IMG/VR virus record: IMGVR_UViG_3300010296_000008
Location: 1 to 60,968 of that record
DNA from: a virus
Taxonomy: Duplodnaviria > Caudoviricetes
Length of the DNA: 60,968 nucleotides
Direction: 5' to 3' (one strand)
Position numbers and translations under genes: made by a program. Shown piece after piece: positions 36,950 to 47,800 of the stretch; the first letter of the stretch is position 1; each line of letters starts with the position of its first letter. Under the pieces are notes generated by a model that saw only the letters and a program-made list of their open reading frames with translations, was not told the origin of the DNA and did not search any database.

Positions 36950-39771
36950 TGTCTAAGTATTACTCACAAACTAATCCCCAGTGGACGGGAGTTCAGGTCG
37001 GCACCATTGCTATGATGCCGAAAGATTCTGGTGGAAACTATTATGCTCCTCCTGGTTGGCAAGAATGTAACGGCAGAAGCTTGAATCCTAACGAATTTCT
37101 TGCACTGTATCAAATTATTGGTAATACTTACGGGGGTAATGCTGGAACAGAGAGTGCATACCCAAATATTACAGGAGCATTTAATGTTCCTGATTTAAGA
37201 GATAGAAGAGCTATTGGTACTGGTAGACTCAGACCAGAAGATGCATCTTCTCCTGATTTATCTACAGCACACGATTCTGGAGATTCTGACACTTGTGGCA
37301 CAAAAGGTGGTCAGAATGTCTTGAGAATTCCTGACGTTCAATCAAGAGTTCAAGTTGTTGGCAATCCTACAATTAACTATAACACTAGTAGAACAGGACA
37401 ATCTTCGGTTAGATTGAGCGGTGGCAATGTCAGTGTTAATTCTGGTGCTTTGTCTAATCACACTGCTAGTCAGGCACCAAGTCATAATCACGGTCAAGCA
37501 AAAAGTACTCGTGCTAAGCCTGGTGGCAATACTGATGTTGACAGAACAGATCCTGGTTCTGGTGATACTGGATGGAAATATAATCCCAGTGGTGGTCCTT
37601 CTTATGGTCCTTGGCCAACTCAACTTGGCAATTCGCAACCTCACTCCCATTGGATTTCATTTAAAACTAGTATTACAGGTACTGTTTCGTACCATAGAGG
37701 GTGGGGTGATTCTATTGGCAATCGAGGACAGAACTCTCACTTAGGAGCACCAAGTGCTGCACTTGGTTTTAATGGTTGGTACGAACAATATTGTTTGTAT
37801 GCCAATAATCAAAATGAAGGTAATATCAGTATTAATAATGGCGCTTGTACTATTTCCCCATCGCATAATCAATTAGCAGGTAACCTACCACAACAAAGTG
37901 TTGACGCAACTCAGTGTGCTTTTCAGGTTGGTGTCACGATTGGTTTAGACAATGATCCAGAAATCAAACCTACTTATCAAGAAACCGCTTATATGATTTT
38001 CTTGGGTGTGAGCAGCACAGCTTATACTGCTCCACCTCCTCCTGTTGACACTGGTGATAACATTCCCGATGCATTTGGTCCTTTCAACGTTCAAACCGCA
38101 TCAGAATCTGGCACTCAAAGTGTAAGCTTCACGATAACTGGTTGTGATGCTGTTTATGATTTTACAGTTATCGTAGAAAAGACAGGTGGCGCAGATGTTG
38201 GATCTACACCTATCAATCTGGGCGGTACTGGAACCAATACCAAATCTGGATATAGAGTTGGTGATAATGTTTCTATGGTTCTTGAGGGACCTGCTAGCGG
38301 TGGTACCACTGCTGAGTATTCAATCAAGATGTATAATGGAGCATTACTGGTCCAAACTGGATATGCAAACGTTACTTATGCAGCAGCTCCCACTATCTCT
38401 TTCTCTGCTCAACCCGATTTCGTTGAGAGTGGAGACCCTTCGAACCTTACATTTGTCTCACTAGGAGCTACTTCTGTTGTAAGTAGCAACTTTGGTGCGA
38501 CAAATCCTACTGGGCAAACTATCGAAGTATCACCCACATCTACTACCACGTATACAATCACACTTTCTAATGCTTTTGGGTCATCTACTGCAAATACAGA
38601 AGTTGTTGTTGATGTTCCTGCGGCACCTGTTATCAATTTGAGTGTTACTCCTAGCACGATTACTGAAGGGCAAACTGCTAATGTCACATATAGTTCTTAT
38701 AACGCCACTACATTTGTGACATCTAACATCCCTGGAGTCAGTAGTCCTACATATGGAACTGCTGATGTTACTCCCACTGTAACTACAACTTATAGTGTCG
38801 AGTTGAGTAATGCTTATGGATCAACTACGGAATCTGTGGTATTGACTGTTGAACCAGTGCCTCTTCCGACTATTGACTTCTCTCTATCTGGATCTCTTAG
38901 TGTTAATGTTGGAGAGAGTACACCTCTTAAACCTCGTGTGACTGGTGCAACTAGCATTGTTTATAGTTCTTCTCCTGCAGATTCTGGATGGGATGGTTTA
39001 ACTAGTTTGACTGGTGCGGATTACTTTGTAACACCAACGGCAACTGCAGTTTATACAGTTGCAGCAACTAACAGTAGTGGTACCACTACAGAGAGTGTAA
39101 CAGTTTCTGTGACGCAGCTGCCTACAGTTACTATCACTTCTAATCCCTCTGTGTTGGAGATTGGTAGTGGTGCGACAAACCCCGTCTCTCAGTCTACAAT
39201 TACTTGGAGTAGTACAGACGCAACAACTGTTGTTTCTTCTACCTTCGGTGCAAGCGCTGTTAGTGGATCTACTACAGTTTCGCCAACAGAGACGACAGAC
39301 TATACTATAGTTGTTTCTGGTCCTGCTGGGCAGGGTCAAGGTACTACTACCGTTACTGTGAATTGTACTTCTGGTACTGGCACTACATCAGCTGGATATG
39401 CAAATACAGTTTATGGTTATCTTAAGATGAATGATGGCACATTAATATACCAAACCTACTATGTGACTAGCACAATTTCTTCCTGGCATACACAAATTGC
39501 TAAGGGAACCACAACATATCTGCAAGTCTTTAACCAAATTCTGACATCTTATGCTAATATACTAGACAGAAAACCAGAGGATTCTTCGTTTGATTATTGG
39601 GTTAACCAATTTGTTAACGATAGCATTGTGACTTTATCTGATTTGAACCAATCAATTTCTGATAACGCCAATGGTATTGGAGTTGGTGCCAGTAATGAAC
39701 TCGCTCTGAGAGCACCCTACGGTGGTCTCGAAGGCAATTATAACGAGTGTGGAGTTGCTATTTTCCCTTGA
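36949..39771 (+). CDS. Tail-collar fibre with Ig-like repeats and a DUF4214-like C-terminus
   Basis: VGTI...GWQECNG...LYQIIGNTYGG, four V.PT.TT.Y repeats, Y..ILDRKPE....YW. Confidence 0.82.
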   Translation: MSKYYSQTNPQWTGVQVGTIAMMPKDSGGNYYAPPGWQECNGRSLNPNEFLALYQIIGNTYGGNAGTESAYPNITGAFNVPDLRDRRAIGTGRLRPEDASSPDLSTAHDSGDSDTCGTKGGQNVLRIPDVQSRVQVVGNPTINYNTSRTGQSSVRLSGGNVSVNSGALSNHTASQAPSHNHGQAKSTRAKPGGNTDVDRTDPGSGDTGWKYNPSGGPSYGPWPTQLGNSQPHSHWISFKTSITGTVSYHRGWGDSIGNRGQNSHLGAPSAALGFNGWYEQYCLYANNQNEGNISINNGACTISPSHNQLAGNLPQQSVDATQCAFQVGVTIGLDNDPEIKPTYQETAYMIFLGVSSTAYTAPPPPVDTGDNIPDAFGPFNVQTASESGTQSVSFTITGCDAVYDFTVIVEKTGGADVGSTPINLGGTGTNTKSGYRVGDNVSMVLEGPASGGTTAEYSIKMYNGALLVQTGYANVTYAAAPTISFSAQPDFVESGDPSNLTFVSLGATSVVSSNFGATNPTGQTIEVSPTSTTTYTITLSNAFGSSTANTEVVVDVPAAPVINLSVTPSTITEGQTANVTYSSYNATTFVTSNIPGVSSPTYGTADVTPTVTTTYSVELSNAYGSTTESVVLTVEPVPLPTIDFSLSGSLSVNVGESTPLKPRVTGATSIVYSSSPADSGWDGLTSLTGADYFVTPTATAVYTVAATNSSGTTTESVTVSVTQLPTVTITSNPSVLEIGSGATNPVSQSTITWSSTDATTVVSSTFGASAVSGSTTVSPTETTDYTIVVSGPAGQGQGTTTVTVNCTSGTGTTSAGYANTVYGYLKMNDGTLIYQTYYVTSTISSWHTQIAKGTTTYLQVFNQILTSYANILDRKPEDSSFDYWVNQFVNDSIVTLSDLNQSISDNANGIGVGASNELALRAPYGGLEGNYNECGVAIFP

Positions 39772-39774
39772 TTT

Positions 39775-40422
39775 ATGACTGAACAATTACTTCCTATTCG
39801 TCCTCTTGAGCTAATGCTCAATGAGGACTTGACTAAAGTTGAATTTAATGACCATATTGGCATATGGGAAAACTTTATGCCAGAGAGTCAATGTAAAAAA
39901 TTCATTGACTGGTATAATACGTTTGGTGAAGTTGCTTCGGTAAAGAGTAACTTTGATGAGACTCCTGGTGATGGAAGATTTCAATTTCCAAATCGTGCAT
40001 TGGGAAGATCTGACAAGCAAATTTTGGTCAATCATAATAATCACGAATTATCCCAATCTTGCAATCAACATATTCACTCTTGCTTAGATCATTATATCTT
40101 CCAGTATGGTCAGCTTTCTGGGCAGGATATGATGAGTACTTGCATTAAGTTTCAACATACTCCTGCTGGTGGTGGATATCATCAGTGGCATTACGAAGCA
40201 ATGGGATTAGATCATTCTGCTAGAGTACTCGTCTGGGCAGTATATCTCAATGAAGATTTTGAAGGTGGAGAAACAGAATTTTTAGATCAAAAGCGTCGTA
40301 TTAAACCTACTACAGGGACTGTTATAATTTGGCCAGCTGGATATACTCATACCCACAAAGGAAACACAGTTCTTAGTGGGGATAAATATATCTTGACTGG
40401 ATGGTATCTTCTCAATAATTAA
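39775..40422 (+). CDS. 2OG-Fe(II) oxygenase
   Basis: WHYE, YLN...GGETEF, WPA..TH.H, KYILTGW. Confidence 0.9.
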   Translation: MTEQLLPIRPLELMLNEDLTKVEFNDHIGIWENFMPESQCKKFIDWYNTFGEVASVKSNFDETPGDGRFQFPNRALGRSDKQILVNHNNHELSQSCNQHIHSCLDHYIFQYGQLSGQDMMSTCIKFQHTPAGGGYHQWHYEAMGLDHSARVLVWAVYLNEDFEGGETEFLDQKRRIKPTTGTVIIWPAGYTHTHKGNTVLSGDKYILTGWYLLNN

Positions 40423-40423
40423 A

Positions 40424-41077
40424 ATGGCTGTCGATTTTAGCAAAGCGGACCTAGTTATTTGTGTTGGTAATAAAACCGTTGGTGGTTTTTTTGCTGAAGC
40501 AAATGGCATTTTGTCCAAGACACTAAGCGAAGAAGAGTGGAATAGCACCGTTATTCCTTTGATCACTGGTGTTTGGCATATTGAAGGTATAGATAATCTG
40601 GACTGGTTCTATTACTGGAAATCGGTACACGATGGCGATGGTTTGCAAACAGAAACTTTTTATCTGACCGAAAAAACAGATCTGACCGAAGATATTCCTA
40701 AGAACTACAATGAGACTCCTAAGAGCGGTGGTCCTAGTGTAGAGGAGGCAAAACTAGTTTATAATGCATTGGTACCTACGCTGAATACTGTTCTTGCAGA
40801 GTGGAGAGAACAGCAAGCAGCGTTAGCAGCAATGGTTGGTGAACAGTCGCAGTGGTTGCCTCGTACCGATATTCCTGTTAATATGTCTACATTGAAGTAT
40901 TCCAGAGACCAAAGACTCATTGCGTGTGACTGGACTCAGCTTCCAGATTCTCCGATTAGTGACGAATTAAAAGCAGCATATGCAACATATCGTCAAGAAC
41001 TAAGAGATCTTCCTTCTCTTCAAACAGATCCTTACGATCCTTCTCAATTCACTGGATGGCCAACTGAACCTAGGTAA
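40424..41077 (+). CDS. Tail fibre assembly chaperone-like protein
   Basis: RD..L..CDWTQLPDSP...YRQELRDLP...WP..P C-terminal domain. Confidence 0.85.
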   Translation: MAVDFSKADLVICVGNKTVGGFFAEANGILSKTLSEEEWNSTVIPLITGVWHIEGIDNLDWFYYWKSVHDGDGLQTETFYLTEKTDLTEDIPKNYNETPKSGGPSVEEAKLVYNALVPTLNTVLAEWREQQAALAAMVGEQSQWLPRTDIPVNMSTLKYSRDQRLIACDWTQLPDSPISDELKAAYATYRQELRDLPSLQTDPYDPSQFTGWPTEPR

Positions 41078-41079
41078 TT

Positions 41080-41766
41080 ATGTTTTATCGTTATGAATTC
41101 TTGAGCAGCGTAAAGTTAAATCATATCAATAACTTCTACGATTTCTGCGATTGGGTTGATGGATCTAGAACAGGATCTGAAAACAAAAAGTTGAAGAACA
41201 ACTGGGAGATGGATCTGCCCAATACACACAGCGCCTGGAAAATAATCGAGGAAGATTGGCGTACTAATGTGACTATTGGGCATTTCTTGACTCCTATCAA
41301 GAATACTTTACCGTTGTTTGTTAAGTATGAACCTGGATGCCTTTACGATTGGCATTGTGATAATACTTTAATGGGTGAGAATGAGGATGTCCGATCTGAT
41401 GTTAGCACCACAGTTTTCTTGAACAATCCCGATGAGTATGAGGGGGGAGAACTAGAGATAGAAATTGGCACACAAACTTTTGATGTTAAATTGCCAGCTG
41501 GTTGGGCGTTCAGTTATCCCACTGGCACCAGACACAGAGTCAGAGAGATTACATCTGGTGTTAGAAAAGCTGCTATTATATGGTCTCAGTCATTGTTTCG
41601 AAACTCAGTTGATAGAGAAGCATATGGAAGGAATCGTAAACTGTCTGCGGACCTATCAAAATGTGTTCCGAAAGAGCGTATTTCGCCTGCAGGAGATATG
41701 TGGCACATACAACAGGCAATAGATGATCAGCAAATGTACTTGTTGAGAAGTAAAGCAGAACTTTGA
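41080..41766 (+). CDS. PKHD-type (PiuC/YbiX-like) 2OG-Fe(II) hydroxylase
   Basis: DG..T, WHCD, RSDVS.T.FLN.PDEYEGGEL, H.V..IT.G.R, W.QS. Confidence 0.88.
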   Translation: MFYRYEFLSSVKLNHINNFYDFCDWVDGSRTGSENKKLKNNWEMDLPNTHSAWKIIEEDWRTNVTIGHFLTPIKNTLPLFVKYEPGCLYDWHCDNTLMGENEDVRSDVSTTVFLNNPDEYEGGELEIEIGTQTFDVKLPAGWAFSYPTGTRHRVREITSGVRKAAIIWSQSLFRNSVDREAYGRNRKLSADLSKCVPKERISPAGDMWHIQQAIDDQQMYLLRSKAEL

Positions 41767-41811
41767 TCTGATAAATAACCTTCAGGGAAAGTACTGTATT
41801 CGTTTCGGGTA

Positions 41812-44800
41812 ATGAGCAATAGAATTATTGCAAGAATTTCTAAGGAAAATCAAGCAGGCGCTGTTATCGAGAGAGCAAAGCAACGCTTTACATCTCTGAA
41901 GAAGACTCAAGATCTGTCTAGACTAAAGACAGTGTTTCTTGATTTCGATTCTAAAGATGATAACTTCATCAATATTCTGAAGGGAGATGATTTCCCTGAG
42001 GTTATTGCTGCTATCTGGGATAGAGAAACTTTTATCGGCGGAGTTGAAACTGCTGATGTTTCTCTTGCTCCAGAAGAAGACTTTGTTCTGAGTGCTAATA
42101 GTCAGACTAGAAGAGATGTTGTTTCTCCTCTGACTACTAGCACAGATGAACTTGATAATCTCGCAAGACAAATTAGACCTCAAGAATACGGCAACGTAAT
42201 TCCTTATTCTGTTGGTGCTGGTACTACGTATTCTGTTACCGCTACAGTTGTCAATACCAGTGCTGGTCCAAAGATTTATTTCAATGGCGTCTACGAAGCT
42301 CCTGACCTGACTTTCCTGTTCCCAGGAATGGAGTTGATCATCAACGTTTCTGATAATACCAACTTTGGTTATACAATTGCTTTCTCCGAAACCCCTGATG
42401 GTACACACAACGATGGAACTGAGTACGTTGTAGGTGTCTCTAGAACATCCACTCCTGGTACCATTGGTGCGGAAGTTAGACTGTCGATTAGTCAGACAAC
42501 TCCACAACAGCTTTACATTTATGCAAAAGAAACTTCAAGAGCTGGTATCCGTGGCAGTGGATTTGTTAATGCCTCTGATTCCTCTAAGGTTGCAATGTTT
42601 AGCAAGTGGTACCTTGCTCGTATCACTCAACAGCAAAATGGTCTGAACTACGGTCTGTACTCTTACACTGAGCACGGTGATGGGGTAGACGTTTACATTA
42701 TGGATACGGGCATTCGTGGAGCATCGCGTCCCAGCAGCCCTACTGGTGCCAACTTACACCCCGAATTATTCCACCCAGACTTTGCTGATGATTACAATGA
42801 TGTAGGTAATCAATCAATATACAGAGTTTATGAAGTGCCTGGATTTAATTCTGGGTATACAGTTAACGGTGAAGCAAATTCTAACGAAGATGATAATGGT
42901 CACGGTACCGAGTGTGCTATTCTCATCGGTGGTTTGCAGCACGGGATGGCGCGTAAAGTAAGATTTTATGCTCTGAAAGTTCAAGCTAGCAATGGCAGTG
43001 GATATTTGTCCGACTATGTGAATGGTCTGCTGGCAATTATTAACCACAATGATCCTTCTCATCCCAATTGGAAAGGTAATTCTCGTCCTGCAATTATTAA
43101 TGCTTCGGTTGGCGTCAATGTTCCTTCGGAAGTATATCGTTACGTTCCTCAGAACGAACCTGGATTCGATAGCGGTGCATATGAAGCAGACACCGCAATG
43201 GATGACTATGAGAACTTCTGTGTAGATAACGGTATTGTCTTTGTCCGCTCTGCTGGTAACGGTTTTGGTTATAACATTCAGTACGGTGGTTTCCAGGCTA
43301 AGTTTAACCCTGGTCCTCGTACTGCTGGTCCTCAGGATTACAGATATAATATGGAGGGGATTGGCGACAAGATTTCTGTCGGTGCCACAGCTTTCAACAA
43401 TACATTCTCTGGATTCTCAAATTATGGTACTGGCGTAACAATTAGTGCTCCTGGTGAGTCTATCTATTGCCCTCGTTACTACTGGAATACTAACAGTGCA
43501 TATAGCACAGTTACTAATGTTTACTATGGATACATCAGAGGTACTTCATTCTCTGGTCCTCTAACTGCAGGTGTTATCGCCCAGTACCTAGGCAAAAAAG
43601 GATATCAAAATAGAACGACTTACGAAGGTAAATCTGTTCCCAAACTTGCTAAAGAATGGCTTCGTAGAAATATTGACTGGGATTACGAAAGAGAGCAGTC
43701 AGCTGTTGGCGAAGAATATGGTGGCGGTAGCGTCAATGTGTATCCTACCAATGATATTGATGAAATCACTCTCGATGGTATTAACACATATGTGAGTGTT
43801 GGTGCTGGTACCAATGAAATCTCTATTACCTTAGGTAGTGAGTATTCTAGATTTAATCCTGCACTCGGAGATTATATTCAATTCCGTATTCCCGAAGCAA
43901 TTCCTGCTACTGATATTATTACTGATGTTTGGGTTAGCAGTGATGGATCTCCCACCGCAGCATATTATAAATCTGGTGGTCAACTGAATGTTGTTACAGA
44001 TAATGATCCCTCTCCTGGTCTTGCTGGAGTATTCCCCTCTGGTGGTACTACTGGTTATGTTTCTACTTTGTCTATCCAGAATCAAGGTTCTGGTTATACA
44101 TTAACACCAACAGTTTCCTTCAGTGGTGGTGGCGGTAATGGCGCTGCAGCAACCGCTGGTATTACACTGACTGGTGGTAATATCACCAGCATTAATGTCG
44201 ATCAGTCTGGTTCTGGTTATACCTCAGCACCAACTGTTGTCATTCAAGGTGATGGTCAAGATGCAACTGCAGAAGCTACTATTGCTTTGACTGGTGGTGG
44301 TGTTGAGAGCGTCACAGTTACTAATGGTGGTTCTGGTTACAACCCGTTGAATCTGCCTGCCATCACATTTACTGGTGGCGGTGGTTCTAATGCTACTGCA
44401 GTAGCTACAGTTGTTGATGGTATTATTACTGCTATTACTATTCAGAATCCTGGTTCTGGATATTCTAGTGCTCCTACAGTTGGTATTGCAGTTTCTGCTC
44501 CTCCCAACCAAGGCACCACTATTCATACTCCCGATAGCAGCTTTGTTAGTGGTGGTGGATCCACAACCTCTGCATCTCTTAACCAAACAACTAGATTGTT
44601 GACGGTTGTTGCTGACAACTTACCTCAACCTTCTCTCTACGGTTCATTCCCTAACGCAAATAATGGTAACGCGATTACGGGTCAATCTTACAACCATACT
44701 TTTGTCTACCGTGGTGGTAGAAACATTAGCGATGAGACACCTACCAATACTACAGACGCAGCTTCTGTCGGTATTGCACTGAATGGTGTTCAACTACGCC

Positions 44801-47800
44801 ATTATTCGCACGGTTTGAATGTTGATCTGCCTAATGGAACTGGTTGTCCCGATGGTTATACCTTTAACAAGGTCTTTAATTCCACTGCATTTGGTACCGA
44901 TAATGGTGGTGGAACAGTCGATAACTCTGGTGTTTACCATTATTTCACTGGCAACTTCTTTATTAATAGCTGGAAAGGATCTACGACGACATATACAGTC
45001 ACAGTTGCTAATCCTGGTACTGGTAACAAGTACTATCTGAATGGTGGATTGACACCTAATCTTATTCTTACCGAAGGCAATACGTATTACTTTGATCAGA
45101 GTGATTCTTCGAACACTGGTTTCCCGTTCAGACTTTCTGCAACACAAGATGGTGTTCATACACAGGGCGGTGTAGTTTATACTATTGGTATCAGATACCA
45201 GGGCACTCCTGGCGATGGTCAATCTGGCACTGGTTTGTATATTCAGGTTCAACCTTCCAGTCCTAACCTTTTCTACTATTGTTCTCTTTACCCTGGTTAC
45301 GGTAATGCAGCTTCTGTTACTACAGTTGCTAATAATGCTGCTCTGCCTTCTCATACAACCACTGACGTTATCAATGCAACCCATCACTCTCCGATTATCG
45401 GATATGCGTATGATGGTTATCCGATCTATGGTCCTATCGGATATGATAGTCCTGGATCTCCGACCACGCTTGCAAGAATGCAATCTTCTTATAGTCTGAA
45501 GACACAGCGTGATGGTGAGCAGTATGCTGGTTCTACCTACACTTGGAGTGTTTCAGCTGACGATAATTTAGATTTCGACTTCACTGGTGAATCTACTGGT
45601 TCTGACGTTTCGATCACTGCCAACGTTGGCGACAACCTTGTGTTTAACGTCAATGCTCAGTATACAACTGGTGGCGGTGGCGGTAGCACACCGAATACCT
45701 ATAACTTAGTTGTTACTGCATCTAGTTTCTCTGATTATACAGTCTCTGGTTCTGATAGAACTGGTAATATTAATGGACTGGATCCTGCCTTAACATTCTA
45801 CGAAGGTGATACAATTAATTTCACGGTTTCTGCTACCAATCACCCATTCTATTTGAAGACAGTTCAGGGTGCTGGTACAGGTAATCAAATCTCTGGTGTT
45901 ACCAATCAAGGTACAACTAGCGGAACTGTTTCTTGGACTCCTGGTTCTGGTACTGCTGGAACTTATTACTATCAGTGCGGTAACCACCAGGATATGTGGG
46001 GCACAATCACGATTCAATCTGCTGGTGGTGGTGGCGGAGAAACTATTACCCATCCTTTCTGGATTCAGACAGTTCCTGCTCCTTACAACCCCACTCAGGT
46101 TGTTGGTAGTGTGACAAACAACGGTACTTTCAATGGTACTATTCTTTGGAGTACAACCACTGCGTCTCCTGGAACATATTACTATGTTTGCGAAAACCAC
46201 CAGGATATGACAGGTACGATTACCTTAACAGAGCCTGTGGGTTATGCACCTTCTACAACTGCATATCCTCTTGGTTCTTTTGTTGAGGACTATGAGTATA
46301 ATGGAAGTGGTCACCTTGACCGTCGTAATGGTAGATTCTGCATTACTCCTGACTTCCCAGGTGGTACATATGCATACTTTATGACATTTGATGCATCTGC
46401 CAACCCTGCATTCCCCTATATTCTGGGTGATCGATACTATGGTGAGGCGATTGTTGAAGGAGTAAGTGCTCCTCAAAACCCACTATTTGAGCAACCCGCT
46501 TCTGCTAGTTGTTCGATTGGTACACAAATCGGTGTTGTGGATAGCATCACTGTGACTGATCCTGGTGTGGGTTATACATATGCAAATATCTCATTCACTG
46601 GTGGCGGTGGTGTCGGTGCTGCAGCATCTGCTAATATCTCCGTTCTCGATGGTTATGTTTCTAGTGTGACAATAGTTGAGCAAGGTACAGATTACGTTAC
46701 TGCTCCTGCTGTTACTATTTCACCTCCGAACGTTAGTGGTGGTGTTCAGGCAACTGCTGTTGCGTCTATTGCAATTACTGCAGGTAACCCGAACAGTATT
46801 GCGAAGCAAAGCTTCAACCAAGACTTTAACTGGAGAGGTGGTACTAACTACCGCACAACTAATCCTGTTAACAAACCTCTGCGTAGTGTGGATCCTTTTG
46901 GTCTGACTACAACAGGTGCATTTATTTACCACTATTCTTTTGAGGGTGGTCCTGTTCCTGGTTGGACTTATAACACGGTGACCAATGGTAACCTTGTGGG
47001 TGAAGATGCTTATGGTGGTTATCCCAATAGCAACAACGTTTATGGATATAACTCCAGTAAACTGTTGAATGCATATGGTTCTACTGCAATTGCAGATTCT
47101 AACTATCTGTCTAGTTCTTATTACGATCTTGGTTTCCGTACAGTTAATTACACGGTTACAGTTGCCGCTAAGTCTGTACTCAATCCTTACTATCAGGTTG
47201 GTGGCAATGAAGCTTATGTGATTCAAGGTGACGACTTTACAGTTGGTGTTGAGTCTCCTGAGCTTGCATTTACTAGAGGTAATACTTACATCTTCAATCA
47301 GACTGATTCTAGTAATGACGGTCATCCGATGTACTTCTCTTCTACAGACGATGGCATTTGGAATGGTGGTGTTCGTTATGGTGTTGGCATCACCTATCGA
47401 TTAGATGGTGCTGCAGTTGATGCTGTTACATATACAAATAACTTCAATTCTGCAACTACTCGTACTATTGCCATTGTCGTTGCTCAGACTGCACCAAATC
47501 AGTTGTATTATGTCTGTGTGAACCATCAGAGAATGGGTAATGGTATTGATGTCAACAGCAACGTTCAAGGCGATTATAAGCGCCACCCAGACGGTCACTC
47601 TAAGATCCTTGGTATGTCATTTGATGGATATCCCATCTATGGTCCTTATGGTTATTCTGATCGTGACGATGAGAATAGCACGGTCATTCGTATGAAGCCT
47701 GCATACCTGCCTAAACTGGAGAATAGAATTCCAGATATGTTTGCTTCACGTCCTGATGAAGGCACATATCCGATTGGATCTTTTGTCGAAGACTTTGAAT

